In this document: one piece after another, positions 1 through 10,804 of the stretch
How the letters are laid out: every line of letters starts with the position of its first letter
How positions within the stretch are numbered: position 1 is the first letter of the stretch
Source: Spongospora subterranea f. sp. subterranea
Lineage: Eukaryota
Assembly (NCBI GenBank): GCA_049724395.1
Contig: JAUGWO010000061.1
Span: 62,001 to 82,167 of the forward strand
Length of the DNA stretch: 20,167 bases
Direction: 5' to 3'
Made by a program: the position numbers and the translations under genes
The notes under the pieces: generated by a model
What the model saw: only the letters and a program-made list of their open reading frames with translations
Told to the model about the DNA's origin: nothing
The model's database searches: none

Positions 1-1175
1 GCTTCTAACAGCCGTTGTACTTCATGCTCGTTTCCGTCGATGGCGGCGTATATGAGCTTCGTTGCGCCATCACCGTCTCGTGCGTTGACGTTGCTCGGAG
101 CGTGTGCGACGGGGGGCCGGCTTGGCATTCACTGCCGGTGCGGCCTGCTTTGGGGGTTGGGATTGGGACCCTGTCTTTCCCGCTGCCTTTCCCGCCGGTA
201 CTTCATTGGCCAGGAAGTTGTACAGCGAGCCAAGAATGCTTTGATCGGGGAGGACGTCGTACACGACGAACACAATGTCGTGATGCGCGTTCCGGAGATG
301 GTCGGCGTATTGGATCCGGTACTCGACCACTTGAGCCCTACCGGCCGCCGCTTCGTGCGGTAATATTCGTCGTGTCATTCGCGTGATTGCCCAAACACTG
401 ACGAAGAAGCCAGCGGCGCGGCGCTGAGCGAAAGTCTGCCTCCCACTTTTCACTTCTTCACGATCCATTCCAGCATCGCTCGTCGCCCATAAGTATTTAT
501 TTTCGCGCCACGATCGGTCGATGAATCCGCGCCACGTTTCGAACTTGACCATCTTGACGTGGATCGGCTGCTGATCGAACGAGACGAACCGCTTGAAGGA
601 CATACCATCTTCGCTATCGCTGAGGAATCTGAACACGTAACGGTTCTCGAAAACAGGGTCGGGCATGGCCGACGCGATCTTCCTCAGGCTCGAACGAACA
701 TCTTGGGTTCCGATTGCGATTATCATTGTCGCTGGTTCAGACCGGTAAACCGACACGATCGTATCACCGTTCTACTCAATCACGCGAAACTGTCAAACGT
801 CGGAGACATATTCTGTGTAATTCGGTTTACCTTAGCGATGGACTCGCACGGTTTGCCGGAGAAGATGCAGCCGCCAATGACCATATCGCTGGTCCTATCG
901 TGGCCGTTGAGTTTGTTCCCGATCGCCCGAATTTGTGCCGGTGTCGCATTGAGCTTCAGGCCTCGCTCCATGAACCCGTATCCCGTAAATAGAAAGTAGA
1001 TGCCAACACCAGTAACTCCCGTTATCGCCAGGATTTGATCACACCAATTCCCCCAGTCGATCGAGTCGGCATCGCTTGGCGAATGCTGCCCTGAGGTCGC
1101 TCCTGCCTCGATCTCGTGGTATGGCAACTGTCGAAAACCGTCATGGGCAGCCGCGCGCATCGTGTTGTATGACAT
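1..1175 (-). CDS. Membrane-anchored protein with C-terminal ankyrin repeat(s); runs off the left edge. Exons 1175-831 and 771-<1, apparent frameshift near 111-116
   Basis: A GT-AG intron at 830-772 (59 nt) joins ORF 780..1175 to ORF 70..756 in frame. Hydrophobic segment QILAITGVTGVGIYFLFTGYGF. After the G6 run at 111-116 another frame reads NVNARDGDGATKLIYAAIDGNEHEVQRLLEA, an ankyrin-repeat pattern. Confidence 0.7.
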
Positions 1176-1429
1176 TGAACTTCCGCCTGTACTTTCTGAA
1201 TTCGCTGACTCAACTTCCTGAAAGATTCGAATGTTTCTGAATCTCGTTCACGGTCGATTGTTGGGTGTTGATAGAATGAAAGGGTTATTGGAGATTCATT
1301 GAACGAGCGCTGATCGAGTTCCGCTCTAAAGTTGGCGCCTTTAGGTACGGTCCTCGATCGAGAATGGCGAATGCATTTGCTCGATTCGGTCGCCAGACGC
1401 ATCTTCCTCAACTGGGGTTGGTAGTCGTC

Positions 1430-2747
1430 ATCGAGGATGTCACAGGCACCGCATTTCTTTCCCGATCGATGACGATCTGCCGCTGGAAGAACGAAAAAAA
1501 AAATCATCGAGCCACCAGATTTCCCGTTCGTCGCAGAGGAGAACTTGTTTTACAGGAATGATCGTACACCCGACCGCTTTGACGAAGAAGTTGACGATAT
1601 TACGAGGTTGGTTTTGTGTGAGTATTATAGCATGATACTCCTTCATCAACGAATATGAAAGGCTTTTCATAACCGTTGGTGTAGTTTTCCATGGGAGCCT
1701 GGCTTTGTTGGCGAGTTTGCTGGAAGGGGGTTCCCTCTGTCAAACCATATTTGAGTGCAATATCCAAAATTGTGGCGGAGATCGATATCTTGTGTCTCTC
1801 GCTCAGGCAGCCCGAATTCATGATCTCGTGCGATCTAGTTTTGTTGAATGAAACTGTATTCAGATCCAAAACGGTTCTCACCTTCTGCCCCATCAAATGG
1901 TCGAAAAGTTCACTGCAAACGACACGCGTTTGGGCGATTTGGACGGACGTTACTGTAGTGTTCAAGGCCGTTGGTTAATCCGACAAATATGGGTAACTAA
2001 GAGGTTATCATGTAGTTCGGCCATTGATGGAATTGCTCTGTTTTCATTTGTTATTGATTTTATGGCGAAAGATCAATGCCAGACTGTCCTCATGTCCCGA
2101 GTATGTTCTTTAACATCGACATTTAGCAGCACATGGTTCAATGAATATCCTGAATCGTTCTCCTTTGGATTGCTGCAAGAACCTCCATGTATTGCCTATT
2201 ACAAATTGGATATCGTAGCGAGGCCATCGACAACTTTCGCGAGGGCAATCAAGGGAGAAAACAACAGAATGACCACACGTTAATCACGATGCAGATCGCC
2301 CATGAAGTTTGTCGAATTTTCGATTCTCTATTCGAATAAATCCAGGCTTATTGCAACGATGACTTCGCTTCGTGGAAACACCGTTATCGCTGACAAGGGC
2401 ATTGTAGGCTAGACAGAGTGAACAGGGTTGCCAATGGACAGATTGTGTAGGGGTAGCCATCAGATGTGCACGATGAAGGTACTGATACACAACCAAGGGC
2501 AAACGGGATGGATTCGCATTTGGCAATCAAAAGAACGGACGAATATATATGACAATTCAAACAATGAAGTGAAATTATGGAGTTAGCTCCTTCGCACCCT
2601 TCGACGTTGCTCGGTATCAAAAGCGCAGTCGTTGTTTCTCAAAACACGAACCCAGGCAAAAATCCTCTCGAAATGATGAGCAGCGATAAGGGCACCGCTT
2701 CTCGGGACCCTTCCAAATTCTACAACAAGAACGTGGCGCCGACCTAA
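1430..2747 (+). CDS. Possible multi-exon gene of unknown function; structure and strand not resolved
   Basis: Coding-like segments (DDDLPLEERKK/IIEPPDFPFVAEENLFYRNDRTPDRFDEEVDDITR; LFITVGVVFHGSLALLASLLEGG; NPLEMMSSDKGTASRDPSKFYNKNVAPT*) are separated by candidate short GT-AG introns. One A10 homopolymer frameshift is needed. No recognisable domain. Confidence 0.3.
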
Positions 2748-2860
2748 TCGAGCATAAAACATCAGCGGCTTGGATCACAATATGAACAACAAGTGATGAC
2801 GAACAATTCAGTCACTTGACCCACTGAGTGCATCTTGTGGGAAACAAAAGACCATTGCAT

Positions 2861-4490
2861 CTCGACCCCAACTGTGCTATTAATGGATTATGTTGATGAT
2901 ATACTGGAAAACCATTTTGGGAAGGGCAACAGTGCCATCGAAAGTATTGTCTGGGTGACCAGATACTCGACACTAATTGTGCTATCAATGTGATACTCGA
3001 CCCCCCCTGTGCTATTAATGGATTATGTTGATGATACTCGACCCCAACTGTGCTATTAATGGATTATGTTGATGACTCGACCCCAACTGCTATTAATGGA
3101 TTATGTTGATGATACTCAAACTGTGCTATTAATGGAATGTTGATGATACTCGACCCCAACTGTGCTATTAATGATTATGTTGATGATACTCGACCCCAAC
3201 TGTGCTATTAATGGATTATGTTGATGATACTCGACCCCAACTGTGCTATTAATGGATTATGTTGATGATACTCGACCCCAACTGTGCTATTAATGGATTA
3301 TGTTGATGATACTCGACCCCAACTGTGCTATTAATGGATTATGTTGATGATACTCGACCCCAACTGTGCTATTAATGGATTATGTTGATGATACTCGACC
3401 CCAACTGTGCTATTAATGGATTATGTTGATGATACTCGACCCCAACTGAGTGCTATTAATGGATTATGTTGATGATACTCGACCCCAACTGTGCTATTAA
3501 TGGATTATGTGGATTATGTTGATGATACTCGACCCCGACCCCACTGTGCTATTAATGGATTATGTTGATGACTCGACCCCAACTGTGCTATTAATGGATT
3601 ATGTTGATGATATCGACCCCAACTGTGCTATTAATGGATTATGTTGATGATACTCGACCCCAACTGTGCTATTAATGGATTATGTTGATGATACTCGACC
3701 CCAACTGTGCTATTAATGGATTATGTTGATGATACTCGACCCCACCCCAACTGTGCTATTAATGGATTATGTTGATGATACTCAACCCCACCTGTGCTAT
3801 TAATGGATTATGTTGATGATACTCGACCCCAACTGTGCTATTAATGGATTATGTTGATGATACTCGACCCCACCTGTGCTATTAATGGATTATGTTGATG
3901 ATACTCGACCCCAACTGTGCTATTAATGGATTATGTTGATGATACTCGACCCCAACTGTGCTATTAATGGATTATGTTGATGATACTCGACCCCAACTGT
4001 GCTATTAATGGATTATGTTGATGATACTCGACCCCAACTGTGCTATGATACTCGACCCCAACTGTGCTATTAATGGATTATGTTGATGATACTCGACCCC
4101 AACTGTGCTATTAATGGATTATGTTGTGATACTCGACCCCAACTGTGCTATTAATGGATTATGTTGATGATACTCGACCCCAACTGTGCTATTAATGGAT
4201 TATGTTGATGATACTCGACTGTGCCCGAACTGTGCTATTAATGGATTATGTTGATGATACTCGACCCCAACTGTGCTGATGATACTCGACCCCAACTGTG
4301 CTATTAATGGATTATGTTGATGATACTCGACCCCACCTGTGCTATTAATGGATTATGTTGATGATACTCGACCCCAACTGTGCTATTAATGGATTATGTT
4401 GATGATACTCGACCCCCTGTGCTATTAATGGATTATGTTGATGATACTCGACCCCAACTGTGCTATTAATGGTTGATGATACTCGACCAC
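2861..4490. repeat. Tandem array (minisatellite) of 41-bp unit TGTGCTATTAATGGATTATGTTGATGATACTCGACCCCAAC, roughly 36-38 copies
   Basis: Period of 41 read directly (CGACCCCAA at 3191 and 3232). One detached copy at 2861-2904; main array about 2990-4490. Variants are mostly small deletions or duplications. No spacers. Confidence 0.97.
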
Positions 4491-4639
4491 AACAACAGAC
4501 CCAGAGTAGTCTCTACCTATATCCACCCACTGGCACTGGACTACACCACCTGGTATTGCACTCAGTCTCCAATCTCATCTCTGCAACCGTAATAAAGGAG
4601 GTCAACCGGCTCTGGAGTCCAGTAGGGCAACTCCCTTAG

Positions 4640-6765
4640 ATGGCCAACCAGACATGGTCGCTAGACGATCTGGAGAGGGACATTGAGGCCTGTGAGAGGT
4701 TTATGGGCCAGGCCAAGTCCAATCATGAACATGTCGTGGGCATTGGGGACGGTCAAGAACCATCAGCACATGCATCAGGGGCCAATGTGTTTGAAAAGGT
4801 GGTTCAAGATAAAGATCATATTTCGGAAGAAAAGGTGCTGGCCGAGCTGGATGATCGTCTCAAAAGATGGGGTGAACAAAGGAATAACGCCTTATCATTG
4901 AGAAATTCGCTGAAACAGATTAGTGATCGTGATGAGATGAAGGAGTGCACATTCCATCCTGCCATCAACAAAACCTCGTCCAGATTAGGATTCGACGCGG
5001 AACCTATTGCTGATAGATTAGCGAGACGAAATATGGAGGCCACCAAAGAACGAGAAATGATGAGAAAAGCTCAAGAAATTGACCAACTCAAACAGTTATC
5101 GTAGGTCCATCAAACTCACCGAAAGATATAGCTCGTTGATTAGTGTCTTTGAAAAAGTTTTAAACCCAGAATTAATAAGAAATCGAGAATGCTGTCCAAA
5201 CAACGACGTCCTTTGGCCGAACGCATTGGTGAAATGCAGCGAGAAACAATATACAAAAAAGAAATGTTAAAGGCATCATATGAAGCTGAATCGCAAGCCG
5301 AAATGACTTTCCGACCTGATCTCGATAAGAACACTGTAAAGCTCGCCGAACGAAGGAGAAAGATATTAGAGGCAGTAATGGAAATCACAGGTTCAGTTTA
5401 CAGAAATCTGATATGATACTAGAATAACAGGTTGTCATCGTCTGATGCGTTCAACGTTGTTCATAAACGACTCCAGTCAAGCCATTGCCATAAGAAAGAG
5501 AACGATTGCACGTTCCAACCTGTAATCAACGACATCAGCCGTCATCTTGTCCATCGATTGCAAACCATCAATGGATTACCTTCTGATTTCGTTGAGCGTC
5601 AACAACAGTTAACTGTATGAGCGTTCATCAGTTGTTTCCCGTTTTCCGAAATCATCGACAGGTTTTCTTCAGGAGCAAAAACTAAAATCGTTGCAGAAAT
5701 ACCAAGAGCATCTTGACCATGAGGCAACGTTTAAGCCTAATATTGGCAACGCTAATGATGTTTTAGCTAATAATAATCATGATCGAATTTCACATCTAGC
5801 TGCAGAGCAACAAGATTCGTTCCATCGAATGTCGGTGATGGAATTCCAAAAGCGATCAGAGAAGCAAGTCATGGTACAGAGCGCGGCTTTACAATCCACA
5901 CCGACTACAATTATTCAAATTTTTAGGTTCGAGACGCGTTCTATTCCCAGTTCAACTATACACCTGAAATCAATGCGCGATCGAAGTTACTGGCGTCGGC
6001 GCGATCAGAACCCTATGATCGAAGGCTAAGCAATGAGCGAGCAAGACACGCTCGAGAACGGTTGCAGGAAGAGCTGGAAAACGAGGAACGACTGCAATGC
6101 TCATTTAGGCCACAGCTATCAACATTAGCCAGCCGTTCTAACGGTCTATACTCGTTCGCGGATCCTAGCGCCATCGGCAGGCGCATTGAAAAATATCAAG
6201 CCAATAAGGTCAGCATTATGGATTGTCAAATGGATTTACACACACCATCGCAACACTAGGAGGCGAAATTACAAGCGGCCCGTTTGGCATTGGAAAGAGA
6301 AAGGCTGAAAGAATGTTCGTTCAACCCGTGTGTTGTGAAAGAAACGGTGTCGGCCACAGGTACCAAACCAATCGTCATTAATGAGGTGTCATCCCTTAAC
6401 TGCATGTTGCTTGAACAACAGGACCTGTCATTGTCAGAGGGCTGAACAGATTCCTGGAACTGAGGCAGCTATCGGAGAGGAAAAAGCAGGAAAGGCAGGA
6501 ACGGGAGCAAGAAGCGTTCAAAGTCAAGGACGCTGAAAAGCACCGTGTTGGCAATATAACAGTGCAAAAACCCTTCACATTTCAAGGAAGTCAATCAAAA
6601 CGAGAGACAGTTCGGAACGCGCTGGTCAAAGAAGCCCGACAGTTTGAAAAGAAGCAGTACACGTTTAAACCAAATACGGTATTTGGAAAGCATAGGGCCA
6701 TGATTAGGAGAATTTTAGACAATTCTAGCGATGACGATGAGCAGGACAGCGAGGTATATGGATAG
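4640..6765 (+). CDS. ~598-aa coiled-coil protein with ~9 [TS]F.P.[IL] repeats. Exons 4640-5100, 5158-5374, 5423-5614, 5673-5873, 5927-6208, 6260-6359, 6422-6765
   Basis: Six GT-AG introns of 57, 48, 58, 53, 51 and 62 nt give one open frame of 1797 nt. Motifs: ECTFHPAIN, LSFKPRIN, MTFRPDL, DCTFQPVIN, ATFKPNIG, FNYTPEIN, CSFRPQL, ECSFNP, YTFKPNT, plus ITVQKPFTF. Confidence 0.85.
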
Positions 6766-6848
6766 GAGTAAACGAGAAAGATGAGATATATAATATAGAT
6801 AGTGTAAATTAATGCAGGAAATAATAAGGAGTTGATGGACTGTAGCCG

Positions 6849-7294
6849 TTAGACTTGGCGCCACCAATGACCACAATCTCTATTGCAACAGACCAACACC
6901 AGTTTCATGGCGTCGTCTCTGGCCCCAGCTCCAGCGGTCATATAGACGGCTTCGTGATGGCCACAATTAGGGCAAGGCATATTGAGCATACGAGGAAGAG
7001 TCGGATCCTGGGTGATTTCTGTGTTGACAGAGAGGCTATACAGGACGATGTTAGACCAGGAGGTGACCAAGGTAAATCAAGACCTTGTTAATTTGGCGGC
7101 AATATGGTTAGTATATACACAATTACTAGATGCCACTTCAGAGTGTTGACAATGTTTACAGCGGTACAGCAACGTCTTCTGTTGCCTGTCCTCATGCGGG
7201 TATAGCAAATTATTGCTATAAATTGACGAATCGATATGGGATTTTCTCAAGTATTGCACCAAACAATATCCTACCATTCTGCACAAAATATCAT
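6849..7294 (-). CDS. RPB9: DNA-directed RNA polymerase II subunit RPB9 (112 aa). Exons 7294-7275, 7215-7084, 7035-6849
   Basis: The spliced product MIFCAECNNLLYPHEDRQQKTLLYRCKHCQH...DPTLPR...CPNCGHHEAVY...DDAMKLVLVCCNRDCGHWW has two zinc ribbons and the DPTLPR motif. GT-AG introns of 59 and 48 nt. Confidence 0.96.
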
Positions 7295-7779
7295 GCCTGA
7301 GGACGAACAAGAGGCGCTTCCACCCGCAACGCCTCTATCCCCTCCGAGCGACCTGCGAATGTGATCGCCACAGCCAATCGATAATCGAGTTTGGGAAACA
7401 GAAGTCCGTAAGATGGACACTATATCATATATACACCAGTGGTAGTCCAGTACACCACAGTTCCTGAGTCCACACCTTATTGTTACTGTATCATGTTCCC
7501 ACTGTACCCCAGTTCATCTCGACTGGTGTAAAGTGGTCCGTGAATATTGCCCAGGGCCATCGGCTCATTTGTATAATCGGTCTATGATGTGTTTTTGACG
7601 TGGAGGAATGCTCCCGAGGTCGCAGTGCCTTTTTTTGAAAGACAAATGTTATCATACAGCCTTTCCATGCCTTCTATACAGATCCCATTTTATGTTTTTA
7701 TCAAAGCAGATATGAATACCCTCTGTTTAGGAGTACCGTATATTACAGAATGGGGAGATTGGTGGTCATGATCCAGTTG

Positions 7780-8149
7780 CTAATGTAGATCATTCCTGAC
7801 AATAGCCAGCCCCATATCACTCAACTCCTTCTCTAAGGCGGCGTGTTCCCGCTCCAGCTCCTCCCTGAGATTGGCCCGCCTCACCATGAGCAGCTCTGTG
7901 TTGGCACAGTCCAGCTCCTGATCCATTGCTATCTGACGATTGGTCGCCTGTTTATGGTGGTAGGCCTTATTGTTCCCTTGCCAGACCGCCCAGGCATCCA
8001 GGCGTGTATTCCTATCAACCGGCCAGATCAGGTCCCTTCATTCCTCGACCGCCATTCCTCACCCACATCTGTACCGCCTCAGCAGCCCGGCGAAGGCGGC
8101 TATCTTCTGCAATACGGCTCTGGACATTGGCTCCAACCTTGCCAGGCAT
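7780..8149 (-). CDS. CFAP141: Cilia/flagella-associated protein 141-like (C1orf189 family), 104 aa. Exons 8149-8067, 8011-7780
   Basis: A 55-nt GT-AG intron (8066-8012) gives MPGKVGANVQSRIAEDSRLRRAAEAVQMNTRLDAWAVWQGNNKAYHHKQATNRQIAMDQELDCANTELLMVRRANLREELEREHAALEKELSDMGLAIVRNDLH. The C-terminal half and the length resemble CFAP141 as recalled (M.QEL..A...LLMVR.A.L....E.EH.....EL..MG.A). Confidence 0.78.
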
Positions 8150-8342
8150 TATCAATCAGATCAGAACCGGATTATCTTGTGGAACTTGGACGTTGGTTAT
8201 TCAAAACTGTACTTTGATCCAGTGATAATAATGATCAACTTAAGACGGATTCACTGGGAGTCGCCACATGTTCATGTTTGTTTACTCGGATGAATAATGA
8301 GGTGAATATATTGGATGAGTCACCTTATCCAATTGGGGCTAA

Positions 8343-9227
<885 letters not shown>

Positions 9228-9575
9228 AATACATCGCCTCAAAGATGTCATCACCCTTCATTCTGTTATGTCGTTGTTGAAGCAAATTTACTTGGGGTCA
9301 GAATTAGGGTGCTATTGTGTGATATGTTCAAATGAATAATCGTGATTGTTGATGGTGATATATTACGGGTTGCCGTGAATCATGAGATTCCTTAACGGTA
9401 ATGCTGTGAATAATGCTGTGAATGCCCCTAAAGTAATCCTTGGCTGCTTGTGCCAAGGGATGACTTTATTAATATTTATTGATAGTTGTCGACCAAGGGA
9501 TTTATCAGGTCCCAACACGAACCGAAAAGCAGATCACCAAGACGAGATTAGAATGTCAGCGATCGTGTCGCCTTG

Positions 9576-9696
9576 TGTGGACCTTAACAGTCAATCTGAA
9601 AGGTTTGGAAAGAACCTCGATGAGGTGACGAATAACGACGATAAAAAGATAGTGTATTATATGGGCGAAGGACCAGACCTTGAACAGGGGTCCACA
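9576..9696 (-). repeat. Putative short (121 bp) 3' LTR of the gypsy element, with adjacent polypurine tract
   Basis: Bounded by inverted termini TGTGGACC...GGTCCACA. On the minus strand it is immediately preceded by AGGGGGAAG, just after the stop of the chromodomain ORF at 9707. Confidence 0.6.
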
Positions 9697-9706
9697 CTTC
9701 CCCCTA

Positions 9707-10795
9707 TCAAACGAAGGTGGCAGACGACATTTCCTGGACGAGCACATCGTTCGAATGTGCCTTAATGAATTGATTCACAAGAACAGGGACATCCTCAACC
9801 ATATTGCTGGCGGGCTCCAAGGAGATATCGGATTCCTCGAATCCAGACCACTGGATTTGCAACTCCCAACGGTCGCCATGAAATCTGCAGTTAATAAAGG
9901 AATCCACCACAAAACCAATACCAGAACGTATTGCAGTAGATCTTGAGTGACCTCTAAACTCGGGTCGTGATAGAATTTGATACGTCGTGACATGGGCGTC
10001 AACATGATCACCGGTCACCAGATTTTCTAGAGTAAAATGCCATTCACTATTCACTCGAACAATGCGATAGGGACCGAGCCAGCGGTTGTTGTTGCTCTCG
10101 CATGTGGACTCCTCCCGACGACACCACAACACAAAATCCCCCTCCATAAAATTGGGGAGTTTTTGCGAAACCTGCGTTCTGGATTTGGACCGTTTTTGGC
10201 TTCGACGCTGATCAACAGGTTTGAGCATGTCCTGAAACGCGGTCATCAGTGCGGCATGGCGAGCAATGATGACGTCCAGGAGACACCGGAGCACCTAATG
10301 GCGGCAGATAGGCTGGAACAATCTGGGACAAAGGGGATTCCGGCTCAGTATGAGCACACACCTGAACAGAAGAGAGACCACCCAAACTGGAGAGTGATTT
10401 GAAACAAGCTGGACTAATGGAAGAGCGGTGGGCCAATGGTCCTGTGAAAGTTTGAAATCCGACATTAGCAAACGAAACACACTTCCTGAGGGATATTGCA
10501 TGCCCCTTCAATGGTACCGATCGGAAAGTGCATCACCGCCATGGTGAAATGATGTTTAACTCCTAACTGCCTGGCCAGAGACGCCACAATAGTGTTTTTG
10601 AAGTGGGTGCTACAATCAGATACCCAGATCCGGGGAAGACGGAAGCAACTGCCCCATTGCAAAAGTGCACTGGCGATCGTGTCCATTGTAGATTGGACTG
10701 AAGCGGAGAGCTTTACATAGGTCGAATGGTCATCCATGAGAACAACACCATACCGATATTGATGGGATGAATCCATATCTACCCGACTGTCTAAT
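9707..10795 (-). mobile_element. Degenerate Ty3/gypsy integrase core + C-terminal region + chromodomain
   Basis: rve-like YGVVLMDDHSTYV...LPRIWVSDCSTHFKN...GVKHHFT...GTIE and HWPTALPLVQL; NFMEGDFVL...WLGPYRIVRV; chromodomain WELQIQWSGFEESDISLEP. Several frameshifts. Confidence 0.9.
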
Positions 10796-10804
10796 TCCCG
10801 AATT

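Noticed and set aside
772..790. In-frame TAG suggesting stop-codon reassignment
   Set aside because: It disappears when the AG at 772-773 is used as acceptor (59-nt intron). Other genes here end normally in TAG or TAA.
15..999. Plus-strand ORFs 15..386, 40..363, 559..999, 714..992
   Set aside because: Antisense shadows of the spliced minus-strand gene, with no motifs.
1022..2620. Minus-strand ORFs as a gene
   Set aside because: No consistent splice model or domain found. The plus strand looks at least as coding-like, so this is left unresolved.
2861..4490. CRISPR array or coding repeat
   Set aside because: Units are head-to-tail with no unique spacers, no cas genes, eukaryotic context. 41 is not a multiple of 3 and there are no ORFs.
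7843..8293. Three overlapping plus-strand ORFs
   Set aside because: Shadows of the minus-strand CFAP141-like gene.
9361..9517. Possible solo LTR (TATTACGGG...CCCAACA) with a 12-bp tandem duplication
   Set aside because: Does not start with TG, no TSD seen, no second copy in the window.
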